Below are positions 11,409 to 20,249 of a DNA stretch of 49,724 bases, in pieces. The position numbers and the translations under genes were made by a program. This DNA is from Candidatus Angelobacter sp. Its GTDB lineage: Bacteria; Acidobacteriota; Terriglobia; Terriglobales; Acidobacteriaceae. The notes beneath the pieces were generated by a model, which saw only the letters and a program-made list of their open reading frames with translations, ran no database searches and was not told the DNA's origin. Numbering within the stretch: position 1 is the stretch's first letter; each line of letters starts with the position of its first letter. Location: contig DASRDW010000014.1 of the NCBI GenBank assembly GCA_035652415.1, positions 1 to 49,724 on the forward strand. Reading direction: 5' to 3'.

Positions 11409-12098
11409 TCATGCCGCTTCAATGCCAGGAGTCGTTGACTTCGCTTTGAATTCCTTGGGGCGTTCTTTGCTGGCTTCTGAAAGTGCTCGCCGGACTCCTT
11501 CAGCGTCATGGTCCGTTGTATAAACGGGGCTGCCAGGTTGCTGGCGCCATGATTCGTCCAAGCCACCGTTGTCGATGGGATCAAATCCAAGCTCATCGAC
11601 AAGCTTGAAAACGATCTCTTTTGCTCGCGCATTGTCGCCGGAGATGGGTAAGGCTATGCGGCCTTTGTTTGCAGCGGGACGCCCCAATTTCAGCAGGTGT
11701 TCTGCGTAAATGTTGTTGAATACCTTGACCACTGGCCGGCCCAGATGCTGTTCCACCCAGCGGCTCTCGGGCATTCCATTCTCGATCGCATCAATGCGGC
11801 CATCCCGCTGCTGCGGGTAGTAATTGCAGGTATCGATCACAACAACGTTTTCAGGAACTCCTTTAAATAAATCGCGCGGCAGTTTGGGAATACTCTTCAT
11901 GGGAATGGTCACAACCACCACTTCGCCGCTTCGTGCTGCCTGTTCGACTGTGACTGGGGTTGCGCCAGTCTCCGTTGCCAAGTCCTTGAGGGTCTCGGGG
12001 CCTCTTGAATTCGCGACAAACACTTTATGTCCGAGCGCGCTAAAGCGCCGAGTCAATGTTCCGCCAATGTGTCCTGCGCCGATGATGCCGATTTTCAT
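11409..12098 (-). CDS. NADP-dependent oxidoreductase, F420-dependent NADP reductase / ProC-like family
   Basis: The N-terminal Rossmann motif is MKIGIIGAGHIGGTLTRRFSALGHKVFVANSRG. The ATG at 12098 is preceded by GAGGAA. The track's 12113 start is an upstream TTG. Confidence 0.75.
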   Translation of the reverse strand: MKIGIIGAGHIGGTLTRRFSALGHKVFVANSRGPETLKDLATETGATPVTVEQAARSGEVVVVTIPMKSIPKLPRDLFKGVPENVVVIDTCNYYPQQRDGRIDAIENGMPESRWVEQHLGRPVVKVFNNIYAEHLLKLGRPAANKGRIALPISGDNARAKEIVFKLVDELGFDPIDNGGLDESWRQQPGSPVYTTDHDAEGVRRALSEASKERPKEFKAKSTTPGIEAA

Positions 12099-12233
12099 AA
12101 TGGTTCCTCGCAATGAGTGGTATAGCGCATTAGATTCGATCAGCGGTATTTGTTTTGCCTCTTCAGCAAAATCAAGCAGTGTTCCACTTCTGGGTTGTGC
12201 GTCCTCAGCCAGGAACAGAAGATCGCTATACCA

Positions 12234-15065
12234 TCACACTTCTTCTTCATCTATATGGAAAGCTTCAGTATCAGGGCGGTATGGCCGGGGCAGCCACAAG
12301 GGACGTCGCAGCTTTTCACCTGCTGGGGCGGGACGAGTCAGCTTCAGCCAATGTTGATATTCGAGGTGAGCCTGGTTGGTATTGACGAAGATGTCGCCAT
12401 AACGATCGCCTTCGGCCGCGCGAGTCACCGTCACTTTCTGATGCCAGCAGTGCTGTCCGCTGATCGGGTCAGGCTGGACAGGGAAGACCAGGTTCTGATG
12501 AACCCCTGCATCCTCCCAATGAATGCGAGCAGAATCGGGATCATCGCTTGCGAACGGACGCACGCCATGCACCTGCCGCATCATCCACTCTCCCGGTCTG
12601 ATCTGCTCAAGCTTCACGACTGCGGTTGACCACCGTTCGCCACCCGAATCTTCCTGCAATCGCCACCTTCCCAGATGGTGCGAACACGCGACAATTCCCG
12701 GACGAATTCCTTCTGTTACCCAGACCCGATCGACAAAGTAGCCGATGCTGGTCTCAATCCGCACAAGATCGCGGGTGCCGACTTCCAGCCGGGCGGCATC
12801 GCTTGTGTGCAGCCACACTGGATTCTTGTGTGAAATCTCATAGAGCCACTTCGCATTGCCGGTCCGGCTGTGAACGAGCGTCGGCAAGCGGAAGGTAGGG
12901 AGAAGCAGCATCTCTCCTTTATTTATGTCGATATTGTCCTGGTGCACGTGGCTCTTGATGTATGCGGGAATGGCGTACTCGGGCCATCCCCAGCTTTTGA
13001 GCGTTCGTGAGTAGAACTCAAGCTTGCGCGACGGGGTGGGAAAACCAACGCAAACTTTGTCTTCAATCTGCACACCAACCGGCGCGCCCTTCGCGCTTAC
13101 CACATGCGTTTGCGGCTCAACCGTTGCTGTCTCGAGATCCTTTGCTGCGATGGGCTGCTCGTGGCCGGCGTAAGAGGATTCCTGAACAAGAAATGCGCCG
13201 TACTTGCGCATGTAGTCCAGCGGCGACAGACCTTCCTTCGCTGCTTCTGCCGGAAGGCCCGGCACGCTGTTCTCAAAAATCCAGCGGTAGTATTCGTCTA
13301 TGGTCAGTTTTTGGCCGGTGCAATAAGGAGATTCAAAATACTTCCTGATCCCCAGAGACCCATCTGGATCGATGCGCCAGGAAAGCTCGATCCAGAACTC
13401 ATCTTCTTCCCAAACTTCACCAAGGCCGGCTTCGCAATGCGCCTCATAGGTCGAGTTGAATTTCTTTCCTTGCTTTTCCAACGCGACGCGCATGACCGGT
13501 TGCCGAAATCCAATCCATTTCGCCGCATGCGTTTCCTGGCTCATCAGGTCGTGCCGCTCAGAGGCGTGCCCCATCGGCAGCACATAGTCAGCGAATAACG
13601 CGGTCTCGCTCCACGTGGGCGAGAGGCAGGCATGGCATTCCACCTTGCTCTCATCGCTGAGCGTTTCAATCCAGCTCATGCCGTCAGGATTAGTCCAGAC
13701 CGGGTTGTAGACGCGCGTAAAATACATCGCCAGCTTGCCGCGCTGCTCTTTGAGAAAGTGAGGAAGCAGGAAGCTCATCTCAAAAAAGGCAAGCGGAAAT
13801 TCCTTGGCCCACATCATCGGATTCCACGCCTTTGGGGCGGGCGGCATGAGCGGCGGATTGGGAATATATTTGTTGAAGGCACTCGGCGCGACGCCTCCAA
13901 CCGTTCCCACGGCACCCACCAGCACGGTGAGGAACTCCAAAGCGCGAGCAACCTGCCATCCTCCAAGATTACCGGCGGCAGCGTTGCGCCAGACATGCGT
14001 TGCCACCGCGGAACCTGCGCGCCCGACTTCGCGGGCGATCGCGACGATCTGCGCTGAAGGGACGCCCGACTCCTTCTCGGCAAACTCAGGCGTGAACTGT
14101 GCGTAGATTCGTTCCAGGATTTCGATGAAGTGATCGAAGCTCTGCGGTTCATCGGGAAATTCAGCGCGCAAATATTCTTCCCAATTCACCCAACGGCGCA
14201 CAAAGTCGCGATCAAAAAGTTTCTCTTCCAGCAGGATGCGGCCCATGGCCAGCAGCATTGCGGATTCAGTCCCCGGCCACGGTGAAAGCCAGTAGTCGGC
14301 TTTGGAGGCGCTATTGGAGAGGCGCGTGTCGACCACGCACACCTTGGCGCCCCGCGATTTGCCGTCGATGATCCTTTGCGCGTGCGGATTGAAGTAGTGA
14401 CCGGCTTCGAGATGCGAACTCAGCAACAAAATAAATCGCGCATTGGCGTAATCGGGCGAAGGCCGATCCATTCCGTGCCAGAAAGCATAGCCGGCGCGAG
14501 CTCCCGCGGAGCAAACGTTGGTATGGCTGTTGTGGCCGTCGATGCCCCAGGCGTGCAGAACTCGCTGGTTATAAATCAGCTCGTGTCCCGGCCGCCCGAC
14601 GTGATACATCAACTCATTTTTGCGGCCTTCTTGCAGAGCCTTCCGAATGCGTCCGCCAAGATCATCGAGCACTGCGTCCCAACTCACGCGCTCCCATTTG
14701 CCTTCACCGCGTTTGCCTGCACGCCGCAGCGGGTAAAGGATGCGCTCAGGATCATTGACTTGGTTGATGGTTGCAGGCCCTTTGGCGCAGTTGCGGCCGC
14801 GGCTGCCGGGATGCGCAGGATTTCCTTCAAACTTCTGGATGCGCATCTTGTCTTTGTCGACGTAAGCCAGAAGGCCGCACCCCGCTTCGCAGTTGAAGCA
14901 GATGGTCGGGATCAGCGAATAGTTTTTTTTGACGCGCCGCGGCCACTGCGCGGGATCGAATTCTGTCCAATCATCCCAGCGGCTCGATGGCGGAAAACTA
15001 ATAAGCCCGGAAGAAGGAGCTTCCAATTCCTGTGCAGCCGGATTTAGCGGGAGGTGATCCTTCAT
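12234..15065 (-). CDS. Molybdopterin (bis-MGD) oxidoreductase catalytic subunit, DMSO-reductase superfamily, with no signal peptide
   Basis: The N-terminal FeS0 cysteine motif is CFNCEAGCGLLAY...GRNCAKG. The protein is 943 aa with the molybdopterin-binding layout. No RR Tat motif is present in MKDHLPLNPAAQELEAPSS... Substrate unknown. Confidence 0.85.
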   Translation of the reverse strand: MKDHLPLNPAAQELEAPSSGLISFPPSSRWDDWTEFDPAQWPRRVKKNYSLIPTICFNCEAGCGLLAYVDKDKMRIQKFEGNPAHPGSRGRNCAKGPATINQVNDPERILYPLRRAGKRGEGKWERVSWDAVLDDLGGRIRKALQEGRKNELMYHVGRPGHELIYNQRVLHAWGIDGHNSHTNVCSAGARAGYAFWHGMDRPSPDYANARFILLLSSHLEAGHYFNPHAQRIIDGKSRGAKVCVVDTRLSNSASKADYWLSPWPGTESAMLLAMGRILLEEKLFDRDFVRRWVNWEEYLRAEFPDEPQSFDHFIEILERIYAQFTPEFAEKESGVPSAQIVAIAREVGRAGSAVATHVWRNAAAGNLGGWQVARALEFLTVLVGAVGTVGGVAPSAFNKYIPNPPLMPPAPKAWNPMMWAKEFPLAFFEMSFLLPHFLKEQRGKLAMYFTRVYNPVWTNPDGMSWIETLSDESKVECHACLSPTWSETALFADYVLPMGHASERHDLMSQETHAAKWIGFRQPVMRVALEKQGKKFNSTYEAHCEAGLGEVWEEDEFWIELSWRIDPDGSLGIRKYFESPYCTGQKLTIDEYYRWIFENSVPGLPAEAAKEGLSPLDYMRKYGAFLVQESSYAGHEQPIAAKDLETATVEPQTHVVSAKGAPVGVQIEDKVCVGFPTPSRKLEFYSRTLKSWGWPEYAIPAYIKSHVHQDNIDINKGEMLLLPTFRLPTLVHSRTGNAKWLYEISHKNPVWLHTSDAARLEVGTRDLVRIETSIGYFVDRVWVTEGIRPGIVACSHHLGRWRLQEDSGGERWSTAVVKLEQIRPGEWMMRQVHGVRPFASDDPDSARIHWEDAGVHQNLVFPVQPDPISGQHCWHQKVTVTRAAEGDRYGDIFVNTNQAHLEYQHWLKLTRPAPAGEKLRRPLWLPRPYRPDTEAFHIDEEEV

Positions 15066-15072
15066 CGTGACC

Positions 15073-16614
15073 TCAACTCAGCGGAACGGACTGCCCAGCC
15101 CGCACCCAAACGTATTCAAACCAGAACAAGCCAAACAAAGCCATGATCGCTGCCACAGTCGCAAGCGCTGCTGAATTGCCGAAGACAAAAATTCCCAGAG
15201 GGCACAGGATCCCGAGAATGACTAGCGAGAGAAAATGGCGACTTAACGGGCCGCGAACCAGAGAACGTCGTGCCATACGTTCTTCCGCCGTCCGCTGCGG
15301 CAAAATAAGTTCTATAGCCAAGTTGATCAGCCAGAGAACCAATGACATTTTTAGTGTGAATGCAAAGTAGAGAAGCTGGGCAAATACCGTCGGCTGCTGG
15401 AATATGGTTACGATCCACTGCACGGCTGATCCGGCGACCAACGCTTGCACCAGCAACTGCCAGGCATTGAACCATTTATGCCGCCAGAAATCGCGTCCCT
15501 TGGCCTGGGCAAACAGAAAAGCGGAATACGCAGCAGTGGCAATGGCCAACACCCCTGTGGACCATACGATCACTGCGGGAACACCGAATTCCTCCCACCC
15601 AAAAAAGAGCCACGCAGCCGCGAGCGCTCCATAGACCACAAGAATGTTGCCGCCAAGCACCAGCCATGAGCGAAAATTTGGCTTGATCAGCATGTAGAAG
15701 AAGCGATCAGGACGTTTGAGATCGAAGATGAGCAATGCCAAGGTTGTGGCAACCCCGACCAGCGCGATAATTGGGCTGACAATGTTCAGGCGTGTACCGG
15801 GGGTTCCAAAGAAGATCAGCAGGGCCGAGATCAGAAGCACGCCGGCCGCGATGGACTTTGTCCAGAGGTAGGCTGCAATTTTCCATCCCCACGGGACAGG
15901 ATGAGGCACATCGTACACTTCACGAGTCTGCTTTGCGTCAAAATTGCCGAGTGCCATCGGAGTATCGCGTCGGTCTGCGAACAACAGTGTGTTCTGCTTG
16001 AGAAGCCGCGTTGGCTGTAGCAGATCATCGTGAATGCCGACGTAGTGCAGCTTGGGCAGCGTTTCTTTTTCCGGCTTGCGAACAGAGGTCTTTTTATTCG
16101 CGATGACCGCACCAGGCTTGCTGCTGCTATCGTCCAAGTCCCCAGCCAGAATCGCCTGGGTTGGGCAGACGATCACACAGGCCGGCTCCAGATTTTGCTC
16201 AACGCGATGCGCGCAGAAATTACACTTAGCTGCGGTGTTGCTGTTGGGATCGATATAGAGTGCATCGTAAGGACAAGCCTGCATGCAACTTTTGCAACCG
16301 ATACAGCGGCGATTGTCGAAATCTACGATTCCATCAGAGCGGCGAAAGAGCGAGTGGGTAGGGCAAATCTCAATGCAGGGAGCGTCGTCGCAGTGGTTAC
16401 ATCGCATCACGCCGAAGTGGCGCCGCGTGTCTGGGAACTCGCCGGTCTCCACATATTTCACCCATGTTCGAAAGACCCCAATGGGGACCTGGTGTTCCTC
16501 CTTGCACGCCACCGTACAGGCGTGGCAGCCAATACATCGGTCCTGGTCGATAACGAACCCGTAGCGCATAAAAGAACCATGTATTGTACCCAAGGCGTCG
16601 ACTTCTGGCAGCAT
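15073..16614 (-). CDS. Fused 4Fe-4S ferredoxin (PsrB/DmsB-like) and NrfD/PsrC-like polytopic membrane subunit
   Basis: Four Cys clusters are present: CIGCHACTVACK, CNHCDDAPCIEICP, CIGCKSCMQACP and CNFCAHR...CVIVCP. They are followed by about 8 hydrophobic helices, including the NrfD-like DLKRPDRFFYMLIKPNFRSWLVLG. The start is ambiguous: the M at 16614 has GGAG upstream, the M at 16569 begins MRYGFVIDQ, and the ORF opens at 16686. The gene ends 7 nt before the catalytic subunit gene. Confidence 0.8.
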   Translation of the reverse strand: MLPEVDALGTIHGSFMRYGFVIDQDRCIGCHACTVACKEEHQVPIGVFRTWVKYVETGEFPDTRRHFGVMRCNHCDDAPCIEICPTHSLFRRSDGIVDFDNRRCIGCKSCMQACPYDALYIDPNSNTAAKCNFCAHRVEQNLEPACVIVCPTQAILAGDLDDSSSKPGAVIANKKTSVRKPEKETLPKLHYVGIHDDLLQPTRLLKQNTLLFADRRDTPMALGNFDAKQTREVYDVPHPVPWGWKIAAYLWTKSIAAGVLLISALLIFFGTPGTRLNIVSPIIALVGVATTLALLIFDLKRPDRFFYMLIKPNFRSWLVLGGNILVVYGALAAAWLFFGWEEFGVPAVIVWSTGVLAIATAAYSAFLFAQAKGRDFWRHKWFNAWQLLVQALVAGSAVQWIVTIFQQPTVFAQLLYFAFTLKMSLVLWLINLAIELILPQRTAEERMARRSLVRGPLSRHFLSLVILGILCPLGIFVFGNSAALATVAAIMALFGLFWFEYVWVRAGQSVPLS

Positions 16615-16946
16615 TGCCGCTCCGATACAACTCACAATCCCGCCAAGCTGAGCAGCGGTACCGCCTCGCGGATTCCGCCGTCGCAATGAAACTCGCTTTC
16701 CACGTTTCTGCCACTTTGAGCGCTGTCAAGAGTTCCCGGTAAACGCACTCATCCGGGTTGCTACACAACCAAGACCGTCACCGCATTCTGTAGGTCTGCA
16801 AACCAAAGTAACGTTACGAATTAGTACATTGTTACTAAATATCCGTGGTTCATATAGAAGCACCTCAGTTAATCTGCCTCCTATTGAGATTTCTCCGTAA
16901 AACCAGACGTTCTCAATGGATTTTTGCCCTAAAAGGAAATGGTCAG

Positions 16947-17426
16947 ATGAACAGAATTCGATCCACGAGATTCGCTGGAATCCTCGTGTTGGTGGTTGCG
17001 CTCTCGATATCATTGCTGGCGGAAGTGAAAGTTGAGCTGAAAGCCAGCAAGATCGTGGTTGTCAATGGCACGGAGCAGAAACAATCTGCAGACAAAGCGA
17101 TACCCGGCGCGATCATTGAGTACGTCGCAGAATATAGAAACACCGCCAAGACTTCAGTTTCCAATGTAGTTGCCACCCTCCCCGTCCCTTCTGGAATGGA
17201 ATATCTCCCCGATACAGCCGAGCCGGCGCAAGCAATGGCCAGCACGGATGACCACAACTATTCGCCTGTTCCCTTGAAACGAAGTGTCCGCGGAGCAGAC
17301 GGAAAGATGGTCGAGCAACTGGTTCCGTATTCGGAATACCGGTCGCTGCGCTGGAATCTGGGAAACATTCAGGGGGGAGCCAGCAAAAGCGTGAAAGCAA
17401 GAATGAGAGTTAAGTCAGCGAAGTAA
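16947..17426 (+). CDS. Small secreted single-domain DUF11/Ig-like protein (159 aa)
   Basis: The ATG at 16947 follows AGGAAA. The signal peptide is MNRIRSTRFAGILVLVVALSISLLA. The DUF11-type pattern is PGAIIEYVAEYRNTAKTSVSNVVATLPVPSGMEYL...RWNLGNIQGGASKSVKARMRV. Confidence 0.6.
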   Translation: MNRIRSTRFAGILVLVVALSISLLAEVKVELKASKIVVVNGTEQKQSADKAIPGAIIEYVAEYRNTAKTSVSNVVATLPVPSGMEYLPDTAEPAQAMASTDDHNYSPVPLKRSVRGADGKMVEQLVPYSEYRSLRWNLGNIQGGASKSVKARMRVKSAK

Positions 17427-17470
17427 ACAAATCCAAAAACGCAATACTCAGAAATAAGGAGAGAGAAAGT

Positions 17471-20137
17471 ATGCAAACACATTCAAGTGGGGGAAGAGTG
17501 TGCTTTGCCCGATTCATTCTGTTCGTCACATGCGTATGCCTCTTAACCTTGACCTTCGGGTCACAGGCGGCTTCAGCGCAAACTGCGGCGGGAACATCGA
17601 TCGGGAACCAAGCATCGGCTACATACACAGACAGTTCGTCCGTTTCCAGGACAGCCACCTCGAACGTGGTAACCACGGTCGTGCAACAGGTCGCCAGCCT
17701 TACGTTGACGGCCAATGGAGCCAAAACAGCGTCACCGGGTGCGGCAGTGTTCTATCCCCACACACTTACGAACACCGGCAACGGCAGTGACAGCTTTACG
17801 CTGACGCTGGCACCGGCGCAGTCGGGCGCGTTCACCCTGACCAATACGCACATCTATATCGATGCAAACGGTGATGGCGTGCCGGACAACTTCACTGATC
17901 TGACAGGCACACAAGTTACGGTGGCGCCGGGTGCTGCGAATGCATTCAAGTTCGTGATTACCGGCACCGTTCCTCCGAGCGCGACAGCCGGACAGACCAA
18001 CAACTTCTCCGTAACTGCGACTTCGGCGTTCGATAACACCAAGGCGGCGAGCGATACCGATACAACAACGGCGACTTCGAACGCGGTGATCAACATTACG
18101 AAGTCGATGAGTTCAAACTCGGGCGCAGCGGGAAGCGGCCCGTACACCGTTACTTTGACCTACACCAACAACGGCAACAACACGGCCACCACAGTCAACA
18201 TCAGCGATGCATTGCCTGCAGGCATGACCTACGTAGCTGGCAGCGGCCGCTGGAGCGTGACGGGCGCAACTGTGCTGACTGATGCGACAGGCGACGTGCA
18301 GCCGGCTGCTGGTTCGCCGCACATCGATTACAGCGTGACGGCGAATACCGTTACGGCAATCGTCGATCAGGTTGGCGCTGGCGTCTCCGGACAGCTGACC
18401 TTCCAGGTAAATATCGCTCCAGGAACCGCGCCCGGTGTTCTGGCGAACACGGCCACTGATTCCTATAACGATGGCTCAGGCACCACTGTGAACGGCTCCA
18501 GCAACACCTTCAATTTCACAGTGCGCCAAAGCGCATCCGTAACCATCAGCGATACCGGCGTGGCAGCGAACGATAACGACGGCACCATTAACGGCATCGA
18601 CACGATAAATTCCGCCGCGCAGGGCGCTACGGTCACCTTTACCGATGTTGTCACCAATACCGGCAACGGCACCGATTCATTCAACATCACCATTCCTTCC
18701 AATACATTCCCGGCAGGAACGGTCTTTACCCTTTATAAGAGTGATGGAGTCACGCCGCTCATCGATACGAACGGGGACAGCGTTCCTGACACTGGCCCGC
18801 TCGCTGCGGGAGCAAGCTACACTGTGATTGTGAAGGCCGCATTGCCGGCCGGCGCAACCGGCGGCCCGTTCAACGCCACTGCAACAGCAACCTCTACTGT
18901 GGTGGGTGCTCTGAATGCGGGCGCAAACGCCAGCATGATTGATCGCCTGGTTGCCATTACAACCAATACCGTTGATGTCACGAATAACGCCGCGATCGGC
19001 GGCCCCGGCGTGCTGGGCGTAGGCCCCGGACCGGAAGCTTCACCCGTGGTGACGAACGCCACCAATCCGGGCACGACCACAACCTTTACTCTGTTTGTCA
19101 ATAACACCAGCGGCGCCAGCGTAGCGGATTCCTACGACCTCTTGGCGTCTTCAACGACCACCTTCGGCAGCAGCAATTCGCTACCAGCAGGCTGGTCGGC
19201 AACATTCCGCTTCAGCAATGGAACGGATTGTACGGCCGCCAACCTTGGAACAGTCGTTACCAATACCGGCGTGGTGAATGGCGGAACCGCAAAGTTCATT
19301 TGCGCCGTCATCAGCATTCCCAACAACTTCGCCGCAGGCGCGCAAGCCGTGTTCTTCCAGGCAAAATCGCCGACGTCGGGCGCCCTGGACCAGGTTCACG
19401 ATCAAGTGACCGTGAACACGATTCACAACGTAACCCTGACGCCCAACGGATCAAACCAGATCTTCCCGGGCGGCTCGGTGGTGTACACGCACAACTTAAC
19501 CAACAACGGCAACGTTGCTGAAGCCATCACCTTTACCGCACCAATCACTTCTGACAGCCAGAGCGGCTGGAGTTCGGTGCTGTTCCAGGACACCAACACC
19601 AACGGCGTTCTTGACGCCGCTGACCAGGCGGTTTCAACATCGACTACCTTCACGCTCAACCCCGGACAGAGTGTGACCCTGTTCGTTAAAGTCACGTCTC
19701 CAGCCGGAGCGGCGGTAGGCGCTATTGACACCACGACTGCGCGCGCGGGCTACAACGCCACATTTGCTACAGCGCAGGACCAAACCACGGTAATTGCAGG
19801 CGAGTTGAGGCTGAGCAAAGCGCAGTCTCTGGATGCCACCTGCAGCGGCGTGGCGGGAGCGTTTGTACAAACCAACATCACCGCCGGAGCTGTTCCCGGC
19901 GCATGCGTGATTTACCAAATCACGGCGACCAACGCCGGTACCTCGAACATCACCAACGTAGTTGTCAGTGATGCGACACCGGCCTTCACCGTGTATCACA
20001 ACAATCCGGCAGCAAGCACCACGGTCGGCACGATCGTTGCTCCGGCAAAAGGAACCGCTGGAACTATCAGCGCGACAATCGGCACTCTGACTCCAGGACA
20101 GTCAGCTGTAGTCGTCTTCGCGGTGAAGATCCAGTAA
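17471..20137 (+). CDS. Secreted multi-DUF11 (conserved repeat domain) fibre/adhesin-like protein, 888 aa
   Basis: It has a signal peptide ending in ...SQAASAQT. It contains at least six repeats of the pattern xYxHTLTNTGNGSDSFTL (FTDVVTNTGNGTDSFNI, VVYTHNLTNNGNVAEAITF, VIYQITATNAGTSNITNVVVSDATPAFT). It is extremely Thr/Ala/Asn/Gly-rich and ends in ...VVVFAVKIQ. Confidence 0.75.
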   Translation: MQTHSSGGRVCFARFILFVTCVCLLTLTFGSQAASAQTAAGTSIGNQASATYTDSSSVSRTATSNVVTTVVQQVASLTLTANGAKTASPGAAVFYPHTLTNTGNGSDSFTLTLAPAQSGAFTLTNTHIYIDANGDGVPDNFTDLTGTQVTVAPGAANAFKFVITGTVPPSATAGQTNNFSVTATSAFDNTKAASDTDTTTATSNAVINITKSMSSNSGAAGSGPYTVTLTYTNNGNNTATTVNISDALPAGMTYVAGSGRWSVTGATVLTDATGDVQPAAGSPHIDYSVTANTVTAIVDQVGAGVSGQLTFQVNIAPGTAPGVLANTATDSYNDGSGTTVNGSSNTFNFTVRQSASVTISDTGVAANDNDGTINGIDTINSAAQGATVTFTDVVTNTGNGTDSFNITIPSNTFPAGTVFTLYKSDGVTPLIDTNGDSVPDTGPLAAGASYTVIVKAALPAGATGGPFNATATATSTVVGALNAGANASMIDRLVAITTNTVDVTNNAAIGGPGVLGVGPGPEASPVVTNATNPGTTTTFTLFVNNTSGASVADSYDLLASSTTTFGSSNSLPAGWSATFRFSNGTDCTAANLGTVVTNTGVVNGGTAKFICAVISIPNNFAAGAQAVFFQAKSPTSGALDQVHDQVTVNTIHNVTLTPNGSNQIFPGGSVVYTHNLTNNGNVAEAITFTAPITSDSQSGWSSVLFQDTNTNGVLDAADQAVSTSTTFTLNPGQSVTLFVKVTSPAGAAVGAIDTTTARAGYNATFATAQDQTTVIAGELRLSKAQSLDATCSGVAGAFVQTNITAGAVPGACVIYQITATNAGTSNITNVVVSDATPAFTVYHNNPAASTTVGTIVAPAKGTAGTISATIGTLTPGQSAVVVFAVKIQ

Positions 20138-20148
20138 CAAACGCGAGT

Positions 20149-20174
20149 GGGAGGCATGGGATGCCATGCCTCCC
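20149..20174 (+). other. Perfect 11-bp-stem hairpin (GGGAGGCATGG-gatg-CCATGCCTCCC) between the second and third genes of the DUF11 locus
   Basis: Read directly from the sequence. No U-tract follows (tcatccgtaag), so it is more likely a partial terminator, attenuator or mRNA-stabilising element than a canonical intrinsic terminator. Confidence 0.5.
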
Positions 20175-20249
20175 TCATCCGTAAGTCTCTGCCCGCCTCC
20201 TCTTCGGAGACGGGCTTGAGATTTCTTCCGCTTGTCGAGGAGTGTTGCC

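Noticed and set aside
16841-16848. ATCCGTGG 8-mer upstream of the DUF11 locus, identical to the repeat near the 5110 promoter; also the palindrome GTAACGTTAC at 16808-16817
   Set aside because: A single 8-mer recurrence in about 100 kb of two-strand sequence is expected by chance. No -24/-12 element with correct spacing is nearby. The 10-bp palindrome may be an operator, but there is no supporting evidence.
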